Shown piece by piece: positions 1-11,451 of a stretch of 64,000 bases of DNA. The notes beneath the pieces are model-generated. The model worked only from the letters and a program-made list of their open reading frames with translations. It had not been told where the DNA came from and ran no database searches. The first letter of the stretch is position 1. Each line of letters opens with the position of its first letter. The position numbers and the translations under genes were made by a program. This DNA comes from Chloropicon primus (taxonomy: Eukaryota). The stretch spans positions 310,001 through 374,000 of the forward strand of contig CP060770.1 of NCBI GenBank assembly GCA_023205875.1. Direction: 5' to 3'.

Positions 1-65
1 AAAGGGAACCCCTTTCCCGTTCCCAGACCTCACCTCCCCACACGCACGTTTTTTGCCAGATGGCA

Positions 66-360
66 GCTCAGCAAGAGAGAGAGAAGAGAGAGAAGAGAGA
101 AGAGAGTTTTCGTTGATGGACTGGATGGATCCATTCATTCATTCATTCATTCATTCATTCATTCGATCTCTGAATCTTTCTTCCTTCATCCTTCTTCTCT
201 CTTACTCTCGTCCTGCTTGAGTTGCTCTCGTCCTCCTTCACCGACAGACCACCTCTCCTCTCTCGTCCTCTCTCGTCCTCTCTCGTCCTCCTTCACCGAC
301 AGACCACCTCTCCTCTCCTCGATATTATATTACATGGCATGGCATGGCATGGTATGATAT
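66..360. repeat. Simple-sequence cluster: (GA)n, (CATT)n, (TGGCA)n and a ~38-bp direct duplication (225-262 / 281-318)
   Basis: Visible microsatellites; ctctcgtcctccttcaccgacagaccacctctcctctc occurs twice. Confidence 0.8.
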
Positions 361-526
361 GGCGTATGGTGTGTGCCTTTCCTAAACCCTAAACCTCATC
401 ATCACGTCATCCCCACCACCACAATAATCCATCCCCCAACCTGATGCTCTCCCCTCGAATTCACTCAGGTGCTCTCCATCTCTCCCCAGTTGGTTCAGGC
501 CTCCATCACATCACTCACTCACTCCT

Positions 527-1696
527 TCATGCCTCCATCACATCACTCGCCTCGTTCTTGTTCTTCTTGTTGTTGTTGAAGAGCCTGTCCTTGAGGATCT
601 GGGAGAGCATGGAGTGGACCTGCTCGGTCGCGACTTTGCAGCCGTCTTGCGCGATTTTCGAGAGCCGCCCCAAGTTCTGCTTCTTCTTGTCACCGGACAC
701 CAGGAAGAGCCCCCCGATCCTGCCGGCGTGTGCGATGTTGCTCTCCACCTGCTCCAGCTTCTCCACAAGGTCCTTGACCTGACCGGAGAGGTAATCCGAC
801 CCGGAGACCACCTTACTGCTGGAAAGCGTCGAGACCCAGTACTTGTTCCAAAGCAGCTCGAACAGGTGAGAATCCAGGCTGCTCTTGAAGTACTGGATGT
901 CGAGAGAGTAGTACTTCTTGCAGTGGACACCAAAGTCCTCCACCTTGTTCAGCGGGATCGTCTGGTACTCGTTCGGACCCTCCTCCGCGGCCTTGTAGTC
1001 CTTTGGGTACGTTCGAAACGCGCCGATCTCCACCTTGCCGGCGGCCTGCGTACGGATCGGATCGATCACAATTGCGAGGAACGGCTCGGTGTACTCCTGG
1101 TTCAGCATCTGGGTGTTCACGTCTATCCCAGACAGCCAGCAGCCGTACCCGGGGTGGCTGTGGTACCAACCCACCACGTTCTCCTGCCTGCCGCTCTCCT
1201 TGCTCCTCTGATTGTACTCCACCATATACTCGTACGCTTCGGCTTGGGCGTTCACCCTCGTCTCCGTGCCCTCCACGGGGAGAACAAAAGCATCGACGAC
1301 GACGATGGCGTCGCCCACGGGCTTCCCCTGGAGCATCCCCATCACCTCGATGTTCCCGCCCTGCTTGGTGTGGATTGCCATCTTCAACAGAGCCAAGGCC
1401 GACACGTACGCCGTCTTGAAGTAGTGAGGGTCCTTGGTCCAAGGAGCTTGCTGCGCCACCGCCTGCTGGGCCTCGTTGTCGTACTTCCAGAACTCATCCC
1501 TCCCCACATTCGCTTGAACCTGGGACGTCCCCGGATCCCGAGAGCTGCTCCCTCCCACGGCCTCCGCTCCCATCTTCCTCTCCTGCTTGTTCAAGTGAGA
1601 CGTAAGACCCTCCTCGTTGTCGTCCACGCACATCGTCACCTCGTTCTCCAGCTCCCACCTCTTCTGTGCTTGCCTCGCTCCACTCTCAGACGCCAT
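527..1696 (-). CDS. CSN5: COP9 signalosome subunit 5 (JAMM metalloprotease)
   Basis: 389-aa ORF with [20 protein letters not shown] motif [46 protein letters not shown]. Confidence 0.97.
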   Translation of the reverse strand: MASESGARQAQKRWELENEVTMCVDDNEEGLTSHLNKQERKMGAEAVGGSSSRDPGTSQVQANVGRDEFWKYDNEAQQAVAQQAPWTKDPHYFKTAYVSALALLKMAIHTKQGGNIEVMGMLQGKPVGDAIVVVDAFVLPVEGTETRVNAQAEAYEYMVEYNQRSKESGRQENVVGWYHSHPGYGCWLSGIDVNTQMLNQEYTEPFLAIVIDPIRTQAAGKVEIGAFRTYPKDYKAAEEGPNEYQTIPLNKVEDFGVHCKKYYSLDIQYFKSSLDSHLFELLWNKYWVSTLSSSKVVSGSDYLSGQVKDLVEKLEQVESNIAHAGRIGGLFLVSGDKKKQNLGRLSKIAQDGCKVATEQVHSMLSQILKDRLFNNNKKNKNEASDVMEA

Positions 1697-1746
1697 CCTT
1701 CACTCCCCTTCACTCCCCTGATCTTTCGATTCTTCACCAAACCTCC

Positions 1747-2044
1747 TCGTGTGACCAGTCTACGGAAAGATCGTGAGACGACGCTTCGAATGACACCGAT
1801 ATTCTCCCCTTTACCCGCCGTTGCCCTCGTCCTCTCCGCCGTCCAAAGTCTCCTCGTCTCCTCCAAAACCCTCCAGATGAACCTTCTTCACGGCCTCCTC
1901 GACCGATCCGGCAGCCGAATGCGTCGATCAAGAGACCGATGGAAAGGTCTCGCGACGATCTTTCGCCTCGTATCCCCCTCTTCCCCTCTCACGCTCTCGT
2001 TCGACCGCTGGACCTCGACCAAGCGCTCGCGCTCTCTCCACCTC
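1747..2044 (-). repeat. 298-bp dispersed repeat, copy 1 (inverted relative to 37774-38071), upstream of CSN5
   Basis: Near-identical reverse complement of 37774-38071; the ORF track yields the same peptide (IDAFGCRIGRGGREEGSSGGFWRRRGDF) from both. Confidence 0.9.
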
Positions 2045-2055
2045 TTCCTCTCGCA

Positions 2056-2070
2056 ATAGGGAAACCCTAT
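2056..2070. promoter_or_regulatory. Telo-box (AAACCCTA) within the palindrome ATAGGG-AAA-CCCTAT in the divergent CSN5/thioredoxin promoter
   Basis: Sequence seen directly; the telo-box is an established green-lineage promoter motif; function here is inferred. Confidence 0.4.
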
Positions 2071-2302
2071 TTTAGTTTTTAGTGGAGGCGAAGAAGAAGA
2101 GAACGAACGGAACGAGGTGAGTTCGAGGACATTTGCACGACACGGAGGCGGCGAGAGAAAGAAGGCGAGGGAGGATCCTCATAAAGAATCTCACGATCTT
2201 TCGAACGAGCCCTTCCACGACGTGAATGGCTCACGAGAAAGGATCGTAATGGACTGAACCATTCTTTTTTTTCTTCTCATGTGGCAGAGGATCACCATCA
2301 CC

Positions 2303-2976
2303 ATGGGAGGAAGTGTTGTTTACATCAAGAGCGAGGAGCAGTTCAACGAGATCATCGGAGCTGGAAAGCCGGTGCGTTACGAACCGTAACCGTCGCGAGG
2401 CGAATGCCTTGACTTTCGCCTAAACGATCTTTCCTCCTTCCCCCTCACGAACGAAAAAGATCTGGTGGTCTGGGGGATGGAAATTGATCTGTGGATGGTC
2501 AACGAGGGATGGCGGCGGCGGCTTTGGTTTTTACTGACTGGAGGTTTTGAATTCTTTTACTTTTATTTTTTATTTTTTGATTCTTCTTCTTCTTGGCATG
2601 GGCAAAGGTTGTGATTGACTTTACTGCAACTTGGTGTGGACCTTGCCAGCGTATTGCTCCCTTCTTCGAGGAGTTGAGCACCAAGTATCCTTCCGTCACC
2701 TTTGTCAAGGTTGACGTGGATGAGATGGACACCATCTCTGGAAACTGTGGTGTCAGGTAAGCCCAAGCGGGTCGTGGTGCTACCGTGTCCCTTCACTGAA
2801 GGGGTGCTCAAAGTTCGTCGTCGTTGTGTTCCTGACGCCGTCTCTGTCTCTCTCTCTCTGTCCGCAGGTGCATGCCTACCTTCTTGGTGTACAAGGATGG
2901 AAAGGCTCAGGCCGACGGCAGGCTCGAGGGTGCGTCCCCAGACGCCCTTGAGGAGCTCGTGAAGAAGTTTGCTTAA
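2303..2976 (+). CDS. Thioredoxin (h-type, cytosolic); exons 2303-2371, 2608-2756, 2868-2976
   Basis: Manual splicing at GT-AG gives [43 protein letters not shown]...VKVDVDE...CMPTF...FA*, with the WCGPC active site. A probable 5'UTR intron lies at ~2117-2287. Confidence 0.95.
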
Positions 2977-3112
2977 GCGTTCCAACAGTTTCGGGCACCG
3001 GCCCCGATGGATTGTTTTAATACAATATAATATCGTCAAAACAAAGGAAAGACGCGGAGGAGAAAAAGAAGATTCTTGCTTTTTTTTTTCTTGCTCATGA
3101 AAAACAAAATTA

Positions 3113-4108
3113 TCAGATCCCCTGGTACGTCACCCCTGGATTCTCCTCCTCGAACTTCCTTTCCAGTTCGAGCAAGTCGTCCTTGACGTCGCTGAACACG
3201 CTGGGATGCATTCTGTCGTGAAACAGGACGCCTTCGAGGTGGTCGTACTCGTGCTGGAAGATCCTCGCCTCAAGGCCTTCGAAAGACATTCTGCACGTCT
3301 CGCCACTGAGATCTTGGTACTCCACCAGCACGCTCTTGGGCCTCTTGACATCCCCCAGTATCTCAGGAAAGGACAGGCACCCCTCCTCGAACAGAGTCTG
3401 ACCCTTGCTTTTGCTCACGTACCTCGGATTCACGAGCACGGTCTCTTGGTCCTTCTCTGATGCCTCCCCCGTCGGGTTCCACACGAAGAGTCTTACGTTC
3501 ACGCCCACCTGAGGAGCCGCCAGGCCAATGCCTTCGGTGTCGTACATGACTTTGAACATCTCCCGGGACAGAGCCGCGAGCCGGTCGTCGAACTCGGTCA
3601 CTGTCAAGTTGGTAGCCCTGAGCTTGGGGTGAGGATACAGAAGGACTGACAGGGGGGCCGTGTAATTCAGCCCATCCCCTTGGTCCGTATCGCTCCCCCC
3701 GTTCTGCTTCTTCTTCTTCGCGCCCGTCGTCGCCTTTGCCTTGCCCTTCTTGCCCTGCTTCTTCTTCTTCTTCTTGTCCTCGGAAGAAGAAGACCTTCCC
3801 GATGCCTTGCTTTCCCTCTCACTGTCCTCCTTGAGCTCCTGAAGCTCTTTCAGGAACCCCTTGGCCGCGAACATCTTCACCGAGGGGCCAAAGCAACCTC
3901 CCTCTGTTCGACCAAGGCCCCACCAACCCAAGCTCTTGACCACCACACGACTCCTCGCTCCTCCGTTACGCGCAACGCCCGGACGTAACGGACGCGATGC
4001 CGTTGCCGCCGTCCCGCATGCTCGGCACGATGAACATGTGGAGGCCAACGCCCTCGGCACCGCTGCTCCTCGATGAGAAGGATTCCATCTGGAAGCAAGC
4101 TTTGCCAT
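3113..4108 (-). CDS. PDF1B: Peptide deformylase, plastid-targeted (PDF1B-like)
   Basis: Motifs GIGLAAPQVG, EGCLS, QHEYDH; Arg/Ser/Ala-rich transit peptide from ATG 4108. Confidence 0.93.
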   Translation of the reverse strand: MAKLASRWNPSHRGAAVPRALASTCSSCRACGTAATASRPLRPGVARNGGARSRVVVKSLGWWGLGRTEGGCFGPSVKMFAAKGFLKELQELKEDSERESKASGRSSSSEDKKKKKKQGKKGKAKATTGAKKKKQNGGSDTDQGDGLNYTAPLSVLLYPHPKLRATNLTVTEFDDRLAALSREMFKVMYDTEGIGLAAPQVGVNVRLFVWNPTGEASEKDQETVLVNPRYVSKSKGQTLFEEGCLSFPEILGDVKRPKSVLVEYQDLSGETCRMSFEGLEARIFQHEYDHLEGVLFHDRMHPSVFSDVKDDLLELERKFEEENPGVTYQGI

Positions 4109-4733
4109 CAGGAACAATTTCGAAGAAGGATTTATCTTGCTTCTCGTGATGCTTAACGAGTCGACCGACCTATCAATCGAAAGATAATGAGACGCTCTTT
4201 CGTTACGTCCCGGTCTCGACACCCTTTCCTCGCCTCTCTCGCCCGCTATCCTCCTTGAGAACCAAATCAAGGCTACGTCTTCCTTCCAGACTCAAAAAAC
4301 CTTCTACGCCAACGTTGCCGACGAAGCCGGCCAGCAAACACGTCGAGTGAACAACCGACAGAAAGCTCGCGAGACGTAGCGTGCCTTGGTGCGATCGCCC
4401 GCCACTCGAAACGCCCTCAATTCCCTTCACGACCACTCAAACCTCCTGCTCTTCCTTGTTGGTGTGGACGAACGACGACTGGAGGTCGAATTTTGTGGAT
4501 GTCAATTGATCCCGGATGAAACACAGGGAGGAAAGAGAGGCGTTTGGGTGACAAGACGAACAACAAGAAGAAGAAGGCGGTGAAGGTCCCATCCATCCTC
4601 CTCCGTCATCCATGATCCATCCATCCATCATCCTCTCTCCCCCTTTCCTCTCTCTCTCAGCATTCCCATGAGCAACACACAGAGAGAGAAAGACAGACAG
4701 GCAGACAGACAGAGAGAGAGAGCACAGCACGTC

Positions 4734-6026
4734 ATGGACAAGGCACCCCTACCACTGCCTAGGCTGGTCCTCACGGTGGAGTTCAACCTCACCGAGTAAG
4801 TCATCTCTCTCTCTCTCTCTCTCTCTACCTCCTCGTCCGTTACTGGTTTCCCTCCCCACTAACGGCTGCTCTGGTGACTCTCAAGGGTGGAGGAGGAGTG
4901 GCAGGGCAAGGACCATCAGAAGGCTTGCGAGGAAGCGGCGAGGGTCACGTCACTGCGTCCGGTGGACAGGGTGAGGGCAAGGTCGGTGAGGGTGAAGGGG
5001 ACGGCCACGACGGAGGTTGCACAAGCGCATACTTTCCAGACGGACGACGATGGCGTGGACGTGAGGCTCGAGTACTTGTACGGCAGCGATGGGGAGTCCA
5101 TGTGCATGCGGGTGATTGCCAACCTGGAAAGGGTGGATGGGGTGACCTCGCTCAGGCTGGGGCTCCATACCCTGGAAGTCCTGGAGGGAGGGCCCTCCGC
5201 GGTCTCGGGCTCGGCCGGTGGCTTCAAGAAGAATCCACCGTTCGCTTACGGCCTTCGACACACGCTGAACTTTGCGAGGATGATCGCCACCACGCTGGCC
5301 GACTTTGCCCTCGCCCGCTTGGGAGTCGTGTCCACCCTGGGAGCGAATGGGAGCGACGAGATCCCCAACTCCCCGGCGAGCCTCATCGCGTACCACTCCA
5401 AGGCGTCCGAGCCTCCACCAGAGACCGCGTTTCGCCTCTTCGGGGCCAAGGAAGGCGTGGCCAAGCCCTACCGCCAGTTTTTGTCCCTCCTGGAGTTGTG
5501 GGGGCAGAGGCTCGGGTCCTGGGGGTACTTTGTCCTGAACAATTGTTCCCCTTACGAGGTTGGGAAGGTTGTTCCCAGCGAGATCAGAAACGTTCACGAC
5601 ATGCATAGCATGGACAAGCGCTACGCCGGAGCCTTTGACCGTCCTTGCCTCCCTCCAGGGGAGGACGTTTGGCCCCTGAACAACTTTTACCACGTCAGAC
5701 GAATTTTCGTGAACAACTACGGCAGACACGTAAGTGAATTTTTTGTCCTCGCCCTGAGCGGCGCGCGTTGACACAACTGACGCTTTCCTCCCTTTCCTTC
5801 CCTGCAGGATGTGGCCACCAAGGCCAGGGCCACGGCGTTCAAGTGGGATTGGGTTGGGTTGAGCCCTGGCGTGTGGGGTGCCGGGTGCGCACAATTCAAT
5901 GGCAGGTTCTTCATGTGGATGAGGGGGACAGATGCTGGCCTGGACCTCGTTAAGGAAGAAGCGGAGAGGAGCTTTGCGCCTTTGCCTAGCGTGCGGCAAA
6001 TCCCCAAGTCAGCCCTTTTGGTGTGA
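4734..6026 (+). CDS. Hypothetical protein, spliced (main exon ~4887-5729, last exon ~5809-6026); start uncertain
   Basis: Long coding-like ORF 4887-5771 with a GTAAGT donor at 5730 and a CAG acceptor at ~5808; no recognised family. Confidence 0.5.
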
Positions 6027-6535
6027 TTTCAAAGGAGGAAGCATCGCCACCCAAGGGGACCCACTCGCGGTCGGGTACATTAAGCTCTTCCACATATAAT
6101 GGATGCTTGCAAACAATTTTTTTTTTCTTCCTTGTTGTCCTTCCTCAAACCAACCCCCCCCCCTCTCTCTCTCTCTTCATGATGAATTACGATGATGATG
6201 GTGGTGAGACCACTCGTGGAGTGGCACAGAAGAAGGAGAAGGAGGGCAATGGCCTTGAGGCAACCTTGATCCTTGCCTCCTCCCTGCTGATCCCCTCCCT
6301 TCATTCGGAGATCTCCATCTCCATTTTTTTTTCATGCCTAGAGAAATTTTTATTTTTTCTCAGTTCCCTTGAAGGGACTTGAAGGATTGTTGAAACGCTC
6401 GCTCGATCCTTGTGACTGTAACGCACGCTGCGAAACCGATTGTCAGTGTGGCGGGTGGTGGATGCGGAAGAGGGGACTAGGCATCAGCTGTGCTCTCACT
6501 TGTCCAGTCTCATTGGGCTTAGGGGTACCGTGGCA

Positions 6536-7818
6536 ATGGATGGCATCGGCTTGGATTGGATCCTCCTTGACCCTCCCTATCCGGTTGCATTCTACCCGAT
6601 CGAGCCTTCCGTTATGGAGGTGCCCAGCGATCCAGTGGGCGTGCCTCGCGGTGGCACAAACGCTGGCACGATCGCCACGGAACCCGAGGGACCCTTGCAG
6701 CGCCTGAATCGGCTCAAGAAGTCCACAAACTCGCCCGAGAAAGTGGAGGAAGACGCTCGAGCAGACCATGGAGCTCGGAGGCCATTGCAGGGTCAGCGAC
6801 GTGGGAGGGGGGCGAGGAATGAGGGAACCCGAAGGTCCACGAGGAGGAGGAAGATCGCAAAGTCCTCCGACAGGGGGGGGCAGGCCAACGAGAAGGGGGG
6901 GACCACGAGGGAACTGAGAGGGATCTCGGCGCACCGTAACACTGGAAAGTGGGAGTCTCACCTTTGGAACCCCAAAGTGAAGAGAAAGGGTGGACGGAGG
7001 AAAACTGGGGTGCAAGTCTACGTAAGTGCGCGGCTCAACGTTGCCGTCTCGACTCTCAGTCGCCCGCATTGCAAACAGACTGACCATTGCATTGCTTCCT
7101 CAAACCCGTTCTCTCGTGGAACAGCTGGGCCAGGTAAAAACAGCCGTCCGCGAGCTCACGGGCTTGGAGCCGATTGCACTGACTTGCTGTCCCTGTCCAA
7201 CTTTCTCTGCATTGCCCTTCCTTGCATCGGTTGCAGTTCTCGACACGGGAGGAGGCCGCGCGCACTTACGACAGGGCAAAGCTAAGTCAGTTCAGGAACG
7301 AAGTGAATGCGCTAATCCAACAGGCTGCGGAGGTGAACAGCAGCGCACAGCTGGATGAGTGGTTCTCCGAGAACATGAACTACAGTTACGAAACGTACAA
7401 AGACGAGTTTCACAACGACATCTTGACCTGGTAAGCAAACCCGTCTTTCCCCCCTTTCTTGTCCCTTGTTGACAGGCTGAAACCCGGAACGAACTCTTGA
7501 ACCCTCTTGTGCAGGGAGCATGACGTTTACATCGCGAGGCTGAAACACGTTATGGGAAACGGCAAAGGGTTCAAAGGCGTCAAGGAGGTGGTCGTGGAGG
7601 GCGAGACGAAGTTCGCTGCTTCGATCACGTACCACAAGTGGGACGCAGGGACCTTAAAAAAAAACAAGATGACCAAGGAGCTCGGTGTCTTTCCTACTGA
7701 TGTTGAGGCGGCCAAGGCCTACGATAACGCTGTGCTTGAGTTCAAGAACGGCAAGGGCGTGAGAAACTTTGAGAAGTACACGTACGAGAGTGCGTGCGGC
7801 GACTCGGGTGGATCCTAA
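6536..7818 (+). CDS. Double AP2-domain transcription factor; exons 6536-7021, 7125-7133 (micro-exon), 7237-7430, 7515-7818
   Basis: AP2 repeat 1 RGISAHRNTGKWESHLW...QVY-LGQ-FSTREEAARTYDRA; repeat 2 FKGVK...ELGVFPTDVEAAKAYDNAVLEFKNGKGVRNF. Start codon is tentative. Confidence 0.88.
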
Positions 7819-7986
7819 CATGTACACACTCACTCTGGAGAAGAAAATGTTTGAATGCAACAGTAAAGTTTTTGACTCAGAACTTCATTGGAGATCATGT
7901 GGCTGCTTGGGTGCAGGTTTATGATGCAGAATAATCTCAGGTTCGGTCTGCTCAGACCCACGCCGCCCTCTGCATTATTCATGAGG

Positions 7987-8511
7987 ACCTCTTGCTTCTC
8001 CTTCCGTCCTCCAGCCACCATCATCCTCTACCGGGATGGAGTCTATCCTCCACCATCACTCACCATCAACTCTCTCCTCTCTCTCCATCTCTGCTCTGAT
8101 TCATCGATCGATCGATCGATCGGGATTCAGAAAAAGGAGCACCGATGACGGACGAGGTCACCTCTTGCTTCTCCTTCCGTCCTCCAGCCACCATCATCCT
8201 CTACCGGGATGGAGTCTATCCTCCACCATCACTCACCATCAACTCTCTCCTCTCTCTCCATCTCTGCTCTGATTCATCGATCGATCGATCGATCGGGATT
8301 CAGAAAAAGGAGCACCGATGACGGACGAGGTCACCTCTTGCTTCTCCTTCCGTCCTCCAGCCACCATCATCCTCTACCGGGATGGAGTCTATCCTCCACC
8401 ATCACTCACCATCAACTCTCTCCTCTCTCTCCATCTCTGCTCTGATTCATCGATCGATCGATCGATCGGGATTTCAGAAAAAGGAGCACCGATGACGGAC
8501 GAGGTCACCTC
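7987..8511 (+). repeat. Tandem triplication of a 173/174-bp unit that includes the ArfGAP start codon
   Basis: Units start at 7987, 8160 and 8333 and are identical except for one extra T in copy 3. Confidence 0.97.
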
Positions 8512-8626
8512 CGGCATGGCTTCCGCTCCACAGGACGACGACGATCACCATCACGATCGCGATCGAAGCTCCTCACCAAAAAAAGACGCGACGTTTGACG
8601 TGCATTCTCACCCTCCATCCTCCAAC

Positions 8627-8657
<31 letters not shown>

Positions 8658-11372
8658 TGGACAAAAAGTGTTTGGAATTCTTTGACGAGCTCGAGGACAG
8701 TCCAATGTTCAAGCAGCAAGCGGTGGACCTCGAACAAGGTGAGTGACGAGAAACGTAACGCCTCCCTTTCCGTTACGCTCCCTTCCTTCCTTCGCACGCC
8801 TGACGGCCGTTGTTTTTCTCGTCCTCTTGGCATGCAACGCGTCATGCGATGCTGATGCTGATGCTGATGAATAGGAGCGGATAGGTTGAAGGAGAGGGTG
8901 ACCAAGTTACTGAAGGGAGCGAAGAAGTATCGGGACGCGTTGGACGCGAGCTCAGCATCTCAGCAATCGTTTTGCAAAGTTTTGAGAGAGTTTTGTGGTG
9001 ACGTGACGGATGAGGACTCGATGGAGATTGGTGCTGGAGTGATCATACGATACATATCTGCATTCAATGAGTTCTCCTCGTTTTATGATCTGCTTCGATC
9101 ACAAGTGAACTTGCTGATGATAGATAGGCTGGATGAGGTGCTTCTTGGGCCCATGGGTGCGGTGAGGGATGGGAAGAAGCGCGTGGAGAGGAGCGCGGGG
9201 GACTACGACACCGCCAGGAGGAAGTTCCTGTCTCTGCAGAGGACGGTGCAGGACGAGGTGGTGGCCCAGGCGGAGAAGGATCTCAAGAATGCAAGGAATG
9301 CTTACGATGCGGATAGGTTTGGGCTGGCCAGAACGCTGCTTTCGATCCAGCACACGAAGAGGAGCTTTTTCGTGGAGACGACCAGCGGCTTGGTGGACGC
9401 GCACATGAGGTTCTTCAAGCAGGGTTTTGACTTGATCAGACAGATGGAGCCGTACATCCACGAGTCCCTTGGGCAGGTTCAGGACTGGAGGGACAGCGCC
9501 GACAAGGAGATGGACACGTTTGACGACAGCATTGCTGTTTATCTTGAGAACGCGAGCGGCAAGGGTTTGGCCCACGGTAGCAATGGGAACGAGGGGAACG
9601 ATGACCACGAGTCGGCGTCATCGTCTCAGGAAGTCACAGGGGCTCGCCACAGACACCAGCGGTCCATCTCTCAGGGCAGTCTGGGTAGCTTGGTCTCATC
9701 TCCCATGGGAAACACGGGGGGCCCAGTGCAGATGAGCGCGGCCCAGAGCCAGATGGCTCAGTCCATCGAGGCCAGCATGAGGCTTCACCATCAAAAGGGG
9801 GAAGTCGTGATTCTCAAGCAAGGCTACCTTCTCAAGAGGTCTTCCAACATCAGGGGAGATTGGAAGAGCAGGTTCTTTGTGCTGGACTCCAAGGGATCGC
9901 TGTATTACTACACGAAAAACTTGACCTTCATAAAGTCGAACGCGGCGACGACTCAGCAAAGGTTTGACCAGGGCCACGCCGGGGTCCCTCACGAGACTGT
10001 GGAGCTCCTGACATCGACGGTAAAGCTGGACGCCGATGACGACGATATGCTGAGGTTCTGCTTCAGGATTGTTTCTCCCATGAGAACGTACACGCTTCAA
10101 GCGGAGAGCGAGGCGGATAGGGCCTCCTGGGTGGGCGTGATCCAGTGCGTCATCGCTTCCCTCCTGAATGGGGTGTCAGAGGGCAAGGACGAGCCAAAGA
10201 GAAAGCTGGGAGGCATGGAACGGGGGTATGATTCACCCGGGCTGGCCTCCACCTTGTCGACTCACAGCATCTACACGGACGTGGATGTGGACGGAGAAGG
10301 TTCAGACTTGGGGAGGGAGGCATCCGAGACTGCCTACATGAGCGCGAATTCTTTTCACACCGTGCTCAGCGATGCGATGAGCAATGAGGATAACCCTGTT
10401 CTCGACGAGCTGCGGTCCATTCCAGGCAATGGGTGCTGCGCGGACTGCGGCGCCCCCATGCCAGATTGGGCGTCGTTGAACCTCACAGTCACCCTCTGCA
10501 TCGAGTGCTCCGGGACGCACCGTAAACTTGGTGTGCACATCAGTAAGGTGAGGAGCATAACTTTGGACGACAGTGCCTGGGACGAGACTACTCTCCAAGT
10601 GTTCAAAGCAGCAGGAAATGAATTTGTGAACACCATCCTCGAGAAGAGGCTGAAGGAGAAGACGGTGAAGGACGACTCGTGGCTCTGGAACGCGGACGAC
10701 AACGAGCCTATCGTGAGCCCGGACCTCTCCTCGGGAAGGGGTAGGGCCATGTCCGTTCAGATGCTGAGGAAGCCAAATCCAAACGACCCTCTTGGGATGA
10801 AGGAAGAATTCATTAGGGCAAAGTACGTCGCCAAGGTCTTCAGGGACTCCTCCCTGGAAGCTCCTCAGGAATCATTCTGGAATTCAATCTTCAGTGCGGA
10901 CTACCGAGGAATCATTGGCTCCATCTTGCAGGGAGCCAATCCAAACGAGACTCACGCGCAGAGGCTGGCGAGAAGCGTGTTTGATAAACGCGAGAAGCAA
11001 GCGCAAAGCGCGGCCACGGCAATTTATGGCAGGCCTGTAACGTCCGCTGGCAGTTCTGGGGCAGTTCCGGAGATGATGGACCATGCGAGTCTGGGCCTGA
11101 CGGCTCTGCACATCATGTCAGAACTGAAGGACAAGACCCTCCTTCTCCTTTTGACCCTGTGGACGGACGACATCAATGCAAGGGACGCGTTCGACCGAAC
11201 TCCAGTTCACTACTGCATTCTCAACCAGTGGGACGAGGGTGCCAAGCTTTTGCTCAAGAGGGGTGCGGCCAAAGAGTCCAAGGACGTGTATGGCATAACG
11301 GCTCTTGAGATGGCCATGGGCAGGGGCCAATTGACGGACGAGGGGCTGTTCAACATGCTTGCTCAAGGGTAA
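8492..11372 (+). CDS. ACAP-type ArfGAP (BAR-PH-ArfGAP-ankyrin; AGD1-4/VAN3-like); exons 8492-8738, 8875-11372
   Basis: LEDSPMFKQQ BAR start; PH LKQGYLLKRSSNIRGDWKSRFFVLD; ArfGAP zinc finger CADC...CIECSGTHR; C-terminal ankyrin repeats. Confidence 0.93.
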
Positions 11373-11451
11373 AGAGGTTTGAAACTCTGCTACAAAAAAG
11401 AACTAAATACTTATACAAAAATATATATATCATTCCCTAATTCGCTCAAGA

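Noticed and set aside
381..395. Telomere-like CCTAAACCCTAAACC (also GGTTTAGGTTTAGG near 54270)
   Set aside because: Only about two units and internal; at most telo-box motifs, not a chromosome end or fusion scar.
614..2059. Long antisense/overlapping ORFs (e.g. 614-2059 +, 12814-14112 +, 17984-19201 +, 42389-43693 -, 46359-47495 +)
   Set aside because: Shadow ORFs opposite real genes, expected from GC-rich codon bias; no recognisable motifs.
7987..8511. Possible CRISPR-like array
   Set aside because: Units are identical end to end with no unique spacers; it is a plain tandem duplication in a eukaryotic promoter.
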